Shown: positions 10,773 through 20,021 of the stretch, one piece after another
How the letters are laid out: the number at the start of each line of letters is the position of its first letter
How positions within the stretch are numbered: the first letter of the stretch is position 1
From: Porphyridium purpureum
Taxonomy: Eukaryota
Reading direction: 5' to 3'
Length of the DNA stretch: 64,000 nucleotides
NCBI GenBank assembly: GCA_008690995.1
Contig: VRMN01000015.1
Location: 124,001-188,000, forward strand
Translations under genes and position numbers: made by a program
Notes under the pieces: generated by a model
The model's input: only the letters and a program-made list of their open reading frames with translations
What the model was told of the DNA's origin: nothing
The model's database searches: none

Positions 10773-11633
10773 CTCGACCTGCTTGTGGCGAAGCAGCCGC
10801 AGCGGGATGTGAGCGGGCGTGAGCCTCGGCCTTGGGAAAGAGTGGACGCTTGCGACGCGCACGCGGTGTGTCGTGGCTGATCACCTGACGGACAGACGTG
10901 CGCTGACGCGGTGAATGTGACCGCCGGATGCTCCACGGCGTAATTCTGCTCAACGTGGCAGAATGCGGTCATCCAAGTAATCCCTGCATCGCGCTTCACA
11001 GTGGGCTCCAGATTCGCTCCGTGCAAGTCAGCGTGGCGCGTCTGGCATTTCTGCTTGCTTTCTCGTCCGACATCCGTGCGTTGCTGGGCAGCCGTCTTCT
11101 GTTTGTGCCTCGTTCACGAATGAATCGTTTTGGGGCTCTGCTCTGATCGATTTCAAGTCCGAAATTTGTCATGGTGCACCGCGTGCGCGCCTTTCAGGCA
11201 TCACACACAGCACTTCCCAGTATACCAAGCGCCTCGTATTGGCGCGACCGCACGAACGGCCACATCATCCGCCCGTCCCCACCTGCCATGCGCGCTATGA
11301 GCGCAATACTCTGCGAATCAACCAGGGTCCTGGGACATGCCGGACACACAAAGTCTCCAGATCTCCGAATTTGCTTGTGTCCCAGCGGGAAAAGAGGCCT
11401 GCGTTCTCGGCGTACGTCTAGTGAGTGCAGAACTGAATGGCTAGGCAGCCGACTTGAGCGGGGCGAGGTTTGTGTGTTTGTCTTTTGCAAAGCACACATT
11501 AAATACTTGCTCGTCCTGCAGGTTCTAATGCTTCAATGCCATCAGCTGAAGCACGCGTGCCGAGAGTCCAAGTCTGAGTCTGAGCATCCTACTGTTTTAC
11601 ATTGGATAAATAAATGGTGCGCACTTTTCGCTT

Positions 11634-12311
11634 CTACACGGAAAAGAGGTCAAAGTGGCCACCCATGCTGAAACCAGAATAGAGCAGCCGGATCACAGGC
11701 TTGCCATACTCAAACGCGTCGTAGCAGCGGAATTTGGACGCCGAGGTGTCGAACTGATACACCTCAATGGTGCATTGCAAGGCTCGAGCAATCGCCAGAA
11801 GCTCCATGTTTCCCCACAGAGAGCCAAGCCAGAAGCCGTTCTTTCCTCGTCTTCCAACCGATTCGCAAACCTCGTCGATAGAGTGCATGGCCACGACGAC
11901 CGCAAACCCAGCGTTTCTCTGGGCCTCGAGCTCGTAAAAGTGGCGGAACTGGGTGAGCTCCTCGCGCAGCTTGGCACGCACGGTCCTTGAGCTCATGCCC
12001 TTTCCGCTCTTGCCGGTGTTAGCAATGTTCATACCCATGGCAATCGCCTCGAAACCGCAGTTTCCATCTGCCGGAATCGGGTGGAACAAGACAGTGGTCG
12101 TCTCGCCAAACGCGTCCTGGACTTGGGTCTCGACGCGCACAGCCGGCGACTCTACAAAGTCGTTCTCCTCGAGCCTCTTGTTATACTCGACGACCAACGC
12201 GTCCCGCTTCTGGATTTGCTTGTTCATGGACCCGGCTGGCTTGAGCCTTGTCTTCGGCTCGGTCCTCCGCGGCCCGCTGAACGTGCGTACAAGAGCTGCT
12301 CCGATCGCCAT
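11634..12311 (-). CDS. OTU-domain cysteine protease (deubiquitinase-like)
   Basis: IPADGNCGFEAIA (catalytic Asp/Cys), WGNMELLAIARAL and GGHFDL (catalytic His). ATG at 12311. Confidence 0.85.
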   Translation of the reverse strand: MAIGAALVRTFSGPRRTEPKTRLKPAGSMNKQIQKRDALVVEYNKRLEENDFVESPAVRVETQVQDAFGETTTVLFHPIPADGNCGFEAIAMGMNIANTGKSGKGMSSRTVRAKLREELTQFRHFYELEAQRNAGFAVVVAMHSIDEVCESVGRRGKNGFWLGSLWGNMELLAIARALQCTIEVYQFDTSASKFRCYDAFEYGKPVIRLLYSGFSMGGHFDLFSV

Positions 12312-13144
12312 CTTGGTGTGTGGCGTCTCCTTACCTACGAGACTTGAATGATATCGGCACTCTAGCTCACTGCCTGCCCGCTCAACCTCACACCGCAACT
12401 TTATGTATCTAAAGCGTGCAGTGCGCTTCTTATACCGTCCAGAGAAGAGACGACAGACGCTCACAGCTGCCGCGTACCGAACCGTTTTCCCCCCTTGTTT
12501 CCGCACACCTCACAAACACACCCCCCTTCCTGCAGACGTGGCCATTACAAGGAAAGGGACACAGGACGTCACAACCGCGCTATATCGGCGCACGCGGCCA
12601 CGCCTTGCGCGGGCGCGCCAACAAATGCAGCGCGCGTTGCTACACAGCCGTTAAGCGCGTGTGCGCGCTCGTGCGATTCGGGCGATTTCCGCACCCGCGA
12701 GTTGGACGCGGAGCGTGGCGAACTCCGTTACGCGCGCTTCCCATCGCGCGAGCTGGTTGGAGGCGAGCCGGCGCGATTTCCAGCGCCGTTCGGTTTATCC
12801 GTCCGAGTCGCACACACACACACACACACACTCTCTCTCGCTCCTATCAAATCGCTATGCTTTTAACAAGGAAAAAGCAACACAGTTGTTCCGCCGACTT
12901 GCAAGTGTACTTATTTGTTTGTGCGTTCTTAATGAACAAGACACGCGGAACATGGTTTCCTGCCATAGACTATTATAGTCAAAAACACACACACGCACAC
13001 CACAAATGGTTTGCATTAAAATGCACGTTCGATCCAGAAGAACAGAAATGCTTCGTTCATCATGTTTTAGTTGACGCTTACAGAACACTCGAAAATCTGG
13101 ACTTGACCACTGTACTTATGCACTGTACATAATCACTGTGCATC

Positions 13145-13381
13145 CGTGGTTGAACCGTGTATACACCGCCCCACCGACCTGCTGTACCTTGTTGTCGTCG
13201 CCGTCATTTGCGCGTCTGCGAGGATATATAAGCGGCGAGGTAAGAGCGGCGCAGAGCGCGACCCGATCTGGGAAAGGGCAAGAGAGATGTTAGTGTGTTG
13301 GAGGTAAAGTTGGTCCTGTTTGCTTTGCTTCTCCCTCTCCACCGTAACAATACGGTACACACGTGGTAGTAGTATCATTGG
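13145..13381 (+). repeat. 5' LTR
   Basis: Matches 19319-19555 with no differences seen by eye. Contains the TATA-like GATATATAAG at about 13223. Confidence 0.95.
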
Positions 13382-13394
13382 GTTATGAGCCCAG
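13381..13394 (+). promoter_or_regulatory. Primer-binding site complementary to the anticodon arm of initiator tRNA-Met (half-tRNA priming)
   Basis: GGTTATGAGCCCAG directly after the LTR; reverse complement CTGGGCTCATAACC. Same type as the copia/Ty5 PBS. Confidence 0.8.
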
Positions 13395-13770
13395 CGCTCT
13401 AAGCGCTTTGGGGTAGGTGTAAGTTAAGACTGACCGTTGTTTTCCTCCCCTTTTCCCTTTCGTTCCCGATCTCGATTGTTCCCGCCGCAACCCCAGCGGC
13501 CGCGACCAAGAGCCGACGAAGAATACCGGCCAGCCGACGGACATCCCGGTCAAGATCTTCAGTAAGAGAACTCCCGAGCAGAGTATCCGTAGAAGTGCAC
13601 GCCAAAAGGCAGTGCCAAGAGAAGACCGCACGGGAGGAGTGTGAGCGAGAACGACACCGTCGGGTGCCTGGGATGGACCCGCGCGAAGGTATGGAGCAAG
13701 TGCCTCCACAACAATCCGCACAAGGTGCGAGCAACCTCGCCCGTGTGTGTCGAGTGAAAGGAAAGAGGCC

Positions 13771-13995
13771 ATGAAGGCCGAGTTGTTGCAGGAAATGGGT
13801 CCGCAGATCCATCGTCTGATGAAAGAACAAGAACAGCGCCTGGGCGCAGAATTTCAAGCTCAATTGGATGCGCGAGAGGCGCGATTCCAGAGCGAAATCG
13901 GTGGTTTGCGTGCCGCCTTGGCGACATGTGTCACAAACGGAGCTTTCTTCCTTACTTCTTCTTCTCTCCTCCTCTACCTCCTCTCTTCTTCCTAG
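13771..13995 (+). CDS. Short coiled-coil upstream ORF in the retroelement leader
   Basis: MKAELLQEMGPQIHRLMKEQEQRLGAEFQAQLDAREARFQSEIGGLRAAL. Overlaps the start of the long ORF, which is in the -1 frame. Confidence 0.4.
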   Translation: MKAELLQEMGPQIHRLMKEQEQRLGAEFQAQLDAREARFQSEIGGLRAALATCVTNGAFFLTSSSLLLYLLSSS

Positions 13996-14258
13996 CCTTT
14001 TTTCTTCGTTCGGCTGCCGCTCGCTCTGTTTTATACCCGCCTTCCGGCGCCGCAACGGCTTGCCCGGCGGGTTCAGCCCTCGGAATAACCCAATCCCGCG
14101 GCCCTCAACATAACTCAGCTGTACCACACGGTACACCCACAGCTGTACTTTCAGTACACTTAGGGACTGTACCTCTGCGTACTCGCTGTACTGAGACCTG
14201 CATCAGGTCGCTCGCGACACATGGAGAAAGTTCATCGTCGGCTACGCTTAGCGGCGTG

Positions 14259-17200
14259 ATGAAAAATGTCTCAGTATCGGCGCCGGCAATGCCAACATTG
14301 AAACCGGCACCGATGGTGCACTACGGTGGCGAGCGCACATTGTCTGCGCTGCTGAGATGGAAATTTGCCGCGCGTGACCGGGTCTACTTGCCTGCAAAAA
14401 CGGAATGGATGAACTCCGGGCGTCAGTGGACCTCTGCGCAAGAAGAGCAGGTAGTGTCGACGCTTGCAACCTATTTCATCAACGATGCGCAGTCATGGTT
14501 TGAGTCACTCGTCGTGCGGCCGGCATCTTTCCATGATCTCACGGGACTGGTAGAGGCGCGTTATGCGCCACACCAGACGGAGGCCAAAACGCGTATGGAA
14601 ATGCTTAAGTTAAGTCAGGGTCGCTCCTCTGTGCAGGACTACGAATCGCGCTTTCGTGCACTGGCGCTTAAATGCCCCAGTCTGTCCGATCAGGAAAGGC
14701 TGTTCTACTTTGAGAATGGTCTCGAAGAGCAGGTGAAAATGCAGGTCGCCCTGAAGGAGCCACAGATCTACGAGGAAGCGCTAAAGTATGCGGTATTGGC
14801 CGACGCGGTGATTCACCCGCAAACGAGTCGACCGCGAGGAATCTGGGGCGCAGCGCAGCAAGCGCAAGAAACGGCTCCGATGGAGTTGGGCACGGTTCGC
14901 GGTCACGGTAGTGGGGGCGGCAACAGCAGTCGGCGCGGTGGTAGTAATTTTACTGGACGCAGTCCGGTAAACTCTGCTACTCGTCGTCGCAGCCGGCGCT
15001 TTTCGAACACCTTCCGTGGCAGCTACGCTGCGAGCGGATCTAATGATGGCCCACGCGGTGAGTCACACACCGATTCGCGCGCACGTGCGCATACTAGCGT
15101 GCCGCGGGTTCCCGAACGCGAGCGATATAGCCGCGATAACGACGGGAGTCGAGGCGTGCTTTTCGGCAATGGACAAGGCGCGAGTCGACGGCGTGAAACC
15201 GAGCGAACGCGTGCGACCACGCGTGCAGAACTCCGCCATTATTGCTTTGAATGCGGTCATGATCAGCCGGTTAACCACCAATGTCAGCGTGACTCGCGCG
15301 AGGCGGATTTGGGCACCATCAACGTCATTCCGCAGGGCGCGGTACCTGAAACGTCAAAGTCGGAAGAACGGTCGGATTCCTGGTATGACGGCGTGGCGGA
15401 AGATTTCCGCGAAGAATCGGAAATGTATGATCAGATGACCGGAGACACAGGGCAAGACCGCTATGGCAGCGATCCCTGGGTGTGGAGTAGTGAGGATGAA
15501 GTCGAAGACTCTTCGCCGGCACGCCCCAGGGAAGAAGGGCCCGCGCTTGAGCCGTTGCTGACCAGGTTTCGTGCCAAGCCGAGTGCAACGGATCCTGCTG
15601 CAGAGCTGCTTACCGCATCGATTGGAGTCAGCCACGCTGGTCTCATCAAGATCGACGCGCGAGTAAACGGCATCGTGATCCCGGCTATCATGGATACAGG
15701 AGCGTCGCACACATTTTTGAGCGTGGCCGCATGTCGCGAAGCCAGTGTGGGAAAGCATGACTTGGTGCCCCGCACCGTGAGCCGTGTACGGCTAGCCGAT
15801 GGAAGTATGGCACCGACGCGTGGATGTGCAGTGGTGACGCTGGGAATGCATGGCCTGATCGAACGTAAGCATAATGTGGTTGTCTACGATGGACACCACC
15901 CGCTGGTGATAGGCCTCGATTGGATGAGGTCACGCAGCATGTGCCTTACGATTGATGGAGTACAGCTGAACACCGCCGTGGCGGCGCCAGATAAAACAAG
16001 CACTGGCATGAGCGCGGTGGCGCATGAAATACTCCACATGCCCACTCGTGAAGGCTGTCGGATATGCGCGCTGGCAAAAATCCGGAGGGCATCGGCCGTG
16101 CGACGCGTTGAGCGCGTGGGAAGTGTCGATGACGTGCCTCGCGAAAGGTGCGATGAAGAGGATCTACGTGCCCGTTTCAACGACCGTGTTTCAGTGGATC
16201 TCGTCGACCCGACCATTCCGGGTGTCAACGGAAACCGATATTTGCTGTCACACAGAGACATCGCCACGAACTGGTGGTCCTTCCAAGGCGTCTGCGATAA
16301 GTCGGCGGAGAGTGTCCTGGAAGCGTTCATGGAAATTCAGCGCGGAAGGGGCTGGCCGAGAGTTTTGCGGTGTGACGAGGGCAGCGAATTTAAAGGATCA
16401 TTTGAGGAGGCGTTGCACTCTCACCTTGTGCAAAAGGACGTAGGAGTTGCATATCGCGCAAATACGCATGCGTCCCACGAGCGGATGCATGCTGATGTGA
16501 ACGCCGGGGTTCGTGCCCTGCTTGTGCAAAGCGGTCTGCCGTACCGATGGTACGCATCTGCTGTCAAGTATTGGGTTTTGGCCAGAAACTTAACGTGGAA
16601 AGGCCGCACGTCGCGGCAGACGGCGTTCGAGAAGCGTTTTAAGCGTGAGTGGAAAAGAGAACTTCCCCCCTTCGGCGCTGGCGTCGTTGTGTATGACGAG
16701 TCGCACATGAAATTCGGTACTTCGGGCATCGTGGCAATCGTCGTAGGCTTCACCGTCCCGGATCCACTAGATGAGCGCGAGCATATCAATGTACTTGTCG
16801 TACCCAAGGATGATCTTCGTTTTGCTGCCGTGCGCAGAGTGAAAGAGTGGCGCATGCTGGATGGCATTTGGCCAGTGCGGGGCATGGGTTTGCGCGAAAG
16901 AGAAGCTGAGCTACACAACAACGACCCAAGTTTCCTGGAGCGTGTCAGTGTGCGTGATGAAGATCTGGAGTGGTGTTCTCGGTGCCGAAAAGTGTGTCGC
17001 GGTAACATAGACTGCGATAGATGCGTGTTCGGCACCGCGGCGCGTGCCGCACATTCAGCGAGTGCAGGGTGCGCAAGAGACCGGTGCGTGTGCCCGCGGA
17101 ATGCGGACGGCGAGCTACGTGAAGCAGTTGCGGTGCGTCAAGGTACATACAAACGCATGCAGTTACCGTGGTCCGAGGAAGAAGACGAGGCTCTTCTGCG

Positions 17201-19040
17201 CGCGATGCCGTCCGACGAGGAACATTCCGGACAAAAATGGAAGAAGATATTGAGAGCTCCGGCGTTCTTTATGCGCGGTAGAAAACCCGCGGCTGCAGCA
17301 GCGCGGCTGCGAGAATTGACTGCGGCGCAGGTCAATGTGACCGAGGTCGTGGACACGGGAAGCGTGTTGGAGACACAGAGCGGCATCACTGCGTTGCGCG
17401 CAGAGCTGCGCGCCCTCACGAGCGCGGGCGCGCTGCCTTTCGAGAAGACAGTGGAGCGGGCTGTGGCTGCCAGGACACCCGGCGCGCGTTTCGTCAAGCT
17501 GAAGCTCTTAATGAGCGTCAAAAATCGCGAGATGCCCCCGGAGTTCCACAAAGTAAAAGCCCGCATCGTGGCTCAAGGCTGTCATATCGAGGACTCGCGT
17601 GGCCATAGGGCTGTCGACGAAGGATTTGCCTTCGACAAGCCACCGGGTCTTGCGGCCATACGCGCGGCAATGTCGAGCGCGCTGTTGCGCTCCGGCTCCG
17701 ACGCAGACGGTGCATTCTTCGACATTGACTGCGCGTACACGAGCGCGAAGCTTGGCGGACCTCCCACGTTCGGTGTAGTTCGCGGGCTTCGGCGCTTTCT
17801 GCGTGGGTCGGTCAGTGGCGAAGAATGGCACAAGGTCGAGGGTCTCGAAGATCCCGTGGTGCCACTGCCGCGAGCCTTGTATGGGCTGCCGCGCGCTGGC
17901 AGCGACTTCGCGCACCACGCGCGCAAGTTGCTTTTGTCATGTGAATGGCGCGAGAGTCAAGCGGATTTGAATCAGTACATGAAACGCGGTGCGAGCGGGC
18001 GCACGGTAGTTTTGAGCATGTACGTCGACGACGGCGCATGTTTCGGTCACAAGAATGATGTCGCCGATGCTGTGAAGGAGTTTAGAAAGATTTTCAAAAT
18101 TACTCGCCCGGTCGAGTCGCTGTCAGAGAGCAGCAAGGAAAAGCCAATTCGTTTTCTGGGATCACACCTGTACAGCGATGGCGGTTACTGGGTTTTGGAT
18201 TCGTCGAGCTACGCTCAGCATATAGTTGAGTGCGCGCGCGATCGCATCACGCGCGAACGCTCCAATCCATTGTCAGAGCGCGTCGAGGCAAGTGGAGAGG
18301 CTCGTGGACAGATGTGTCCAGCGTGGGTTCAAGGATCACTCGGGCAGCTGCTTTGGCTCACCCGCACGGCGCGGCCAGATCTGGCCATGAGCGTCGCGCA
18401 TGTGGCAAGATTCGTGCACCGGTGGGACGATGCAGCAACGAAGGCGCTGTCAGAAATCCTTGGCTACCTGCGCAAGCACGTGGACGTGCGCCTGCAGTAC
18501 GAGATTCCGATAGTTTGCGGGCGCCCTGAAGTCGTCGTGTTCAGCGATGCAGACTTCGCCGTCGCTGGGTCTGTGAGCGGCGCGGCCGCGTTCTTCGGTG
18601 TTGGCAAGGTTCGGCACTTGGTCGATTGGGTAAGCCGCAAGCAGCGGCGCGTGTCGACGAGCACCGCAGAGGCAGAGCTGGTGGCCGCACACGGCGCGGC
18701 ACAAGGTTGCGTGTTCCCTTTGGGTACGCACCTCGAGGAAATGAGCTGCTCGTGGCCGCGGGTGCGGCTGTTCGTGGATAACGAGGCCGCGTTGCGCGCC
18801 ATAGCTCGCGGGCACAGCGATAAGCTGTCACACGTCTCCAAAATGCAGCACATCTCGATCCGGTGGTTGCACGAGACTGTCGCCGATGGAATTATTGAGA
18901 TGTGTCATGTCCCGACGCGAGCGAATCTGGCAGACGGGCTTACGAAGCCTTTGCCCACGGACAAGTTTCGCAGTCACGCTTTCGCGTGGGGTCTCTATTC
19001 GTTGACACTATCCACAGGTGCTGCACACTGTGGAAAATAG
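14259..19040 (+). CDS. Retrotransposon polyprotein: Gag - Zn knuckle - aspartic protease - integrase - Cys cluster/Myb - RT - RNase H
   Basis: Gag AQSWF...LSQGRSSVQDYESRF...FENGL and PMELG; CFECGH; protease IMDTGASHTF...IGLDW; integrase HEILH...CRIC, VSVD, RCDEGSEF, HER; RT LYGLPRAG and MYVDD; RNaseH FSDADFA, STAEAEL, ANLADGLTK. The frame is open from 13926; likely ATG 14259. Confidence 0.93.
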   Translation: MKNVSVSAPAMPTLKPAPMVHYGGERTLSALLRWKFAARDRVYLPAKTEWMNSGRQWTSAQEEQVVSTLATYFINDAQSWFESLVVRPASFHDLTGLVEARYAPHQTEAKTRMEMLKLSQGRSSVQDYESRFRALALKCPSLSDQERLFYFENGLEEQVKMQVALKEPQIYEEALKYAVLADAVIHPQTSRPRGIWGAAQQAQETAPMELGTVRGHGSGGGNSSRRGGSNFTGRSPVNSATRRRSRRFSNTFRGSYAASGSNDGPRGESHTDSRARAHTSVPRVPERERYSRDNDGSRGVLFGNGQGASRRRETERTRATTRAELRHYCFECGHDQPVNHQCQRDSREADLGTINVIPQGAVPETSKSEERSDSWYDGVAEDFREESEMYDQMTGDTGQDRYGSDPWVWSSEDEVEDSSPARPREEGPALEPLLTRFRAKPSATDPAAELLTASIGVSHAGLIKIDARVNGIVIPAIMDTGASHTFLSVAACREASVGKHDLVPRTVSRVRLADGSMAPTRGCAVVTLGMHGLIERKHNVVVYDGHHPLVIGLDWMRSRSMCLTIDGVQLNTAVAAPDKTSTGMSAVAHEILHMPTREGCRICALAKIRRASAVRRVERVGSVDDVPRERCDEEDLRARFNDRVSVDLVDPTIPGVNGNRYLLSHRDIATNWWSFQGVCDKSAESVLEAFMEIQRGRGWPRVLRCDEGSEFKGSFEEALHSHLVQKDVGVAYRANTHASHERMHADVNAGVRALLVQSGLPYRWYASAVKYWVLARNLTWKGRTSRQTAFEKRFKREWKRELPPFGAGVVVYDESHMKFGTSGIVAIVVGFTVPDPLDEREHINVLVVPKDDLRFAAVRRVKEWRMLDGIWPVRGMGLREREAELHNNDPSFLERVSVRDEDLEWCSRCRKVCRGNIDCDRCVFGTAARAAHSASAGCARDRCVCPRNADGELREAVAVRQGTYKRMQLPWSEEEDEALLRAMPSDEEHSGQKWKKILRAPAFFMRGRKPAAAAARLRELTAAQVNVTEVVDTGSVLETQSGITALRAELRALTSAGALPFEKTVERAVAARTPGARFVKLKLLMSVKNREMPPEFHKVKARIVAQGCHIEDSRGHRAVDEGFAFDKPPGLAAIRAAMSSALLRSGSDADGAFFDIDCAYTSAKLGGPPTFGVVRGLRRFLRGSVSGEEWHKVEGLEDPVVPLPRALYGLPRAGSDFAHHARKLLLSCEWRESQADLNQYMKRGASGRTVVLSMYVDDGACFGHKNDVADAVKEFRKIFKITRPVESLSESSKEKPIRFLGSHLYSDGGYWVLDSSSYAQHIVECARDRITRERSNPLSERVEASGEARGQMCPAWVQGSLGQLLWLTRTARPDLAMSVAHVARFVHRWDDAATKALSEILGYLRKHVDVRLQYEIPIVCGRPEVVVFSDADFAVAGSVSGAAAFFGVGKVRHLVDWVSRKQRRVSTSTAEAELVAAHGAAQGCVFPLGTHLEEMSCSWPRVRLFVDNEAALRAIARGHSDKLSHVSKMQHISIRWLHETVADGIIEMCHVPTRANLADGLTKPLPTDKFRSHAFAWGLYSLTLSTGAAHCGK

Positions 19041-19318
19041 TCACGGCTATTACCCCAGGTGCGAGTAAAATCAAAAAGAAAAAGGAAAAGAACAAGGAAG
19101 AAGAGGAAAAGAAATCTTTGGCGTGTGAACGTGGTTATGTTTTTCCGCGCACGTTCTGCTGGTGGTCACGCTGGCGCGCCGTGGTCGTGGCGTCCGGGTT
19201 AAGGATTGGTGAGACGCGCAAGGCGCGAAGGAAACATCAAATGAAAAATTGATCTGAATGATTGGCGGGTAGTTGCCCGGCGAGGCTGATTGCACGGCGG
19301 GTGTGGTGTTGGGGGGCG

Positions 19319-19555
19319 CGTGGTTGAACCGTGTATACACCGCCCCACCGACCTGCTGTACCTTGTTGTCGTCGCCGTCATTTGCGCGTCTGCGAGGATA
19401 TATAAGCGGCGAGGTAAGAGCGGCGCAGAGCGCGACCCGATCTGGGAAAGGGCAAGAGAGATGTTAGTGTGTTGGAGGTAAAGTTGGTCCTGTTTGCTTT
19501 GCTTCTCCCTCTCCACCGTAACAATACGGTACACACGTGGTAGTAGTATCATTGG
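19319..19555 (+). repeat. 3' LTR, preceded by a G-rich polypurine tract at 19311-19316
   Basis: Direct repeat of 13145-13381. Confidence 0.95.
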
Positions 19556-20021
19556 CGTCCGACGATTTTGTCGCTTGGGTTCGGAAATCTCGTTTTGTTC
19601 TGGAGCCCGCCCCGCTCGTCAAGAACAGAACGGCACGCGGTTGTCGCGCGAGCGGGAGACATAGCACTGGCGTACGTTCCCTGTCCGTAGCAGCTGTGGT
19701 CGCCGTGCGTGGCCTCGAGCGGCGTGATGTTGCGACGCGAGGTTTCTTACCGGCTTGCTCTTGGCGCTGTGGCCGACAGTCGTTGCGGCTAGAAAAGTCG
19801 CATCGCTTGGTCTGCCGCAGTTCTTAGCGGTTCCAAGGTGAACCGTTTGGCAGTTGACCGATTAGGCGGTTCGCGGTGCAGCTCAACTGTACCGCGTTGG
19901 CTTTCAGTGTACTTTGTGTACAGTTGATGTGGGTGGTGGTGCGCATGGACGCAGCAGCAGCAGCAGTAGCGCTGGGCAAGTGCGAGGTTGGCAGCAGCGG
20001 GCACACAGTTTGGCTGCGGCA

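Larger units (their letters stand above)
13145..19555 (+). mobile_element. Full-length LTR retrotransposon with Copia-order pol (INT-RT-RH) and Gypsy-like Gag/protease
   Basis: Two 237-bp direct repeats, a PBS, a purine tract before the 3' LTR and a single uninterrupted polyprotein ORF. Confidence 0.96.

Noticed and set aside
12811..12840. (CA)n/(CT)n microsatellites here and in other leaders
   Set aside because: Ordinary simple repeats.
13133..13378. Duplicated minus-strand ORF MILLPRVYR..., also at 19199-19552
   Set aside because: It simply reflects the two LTR copies.
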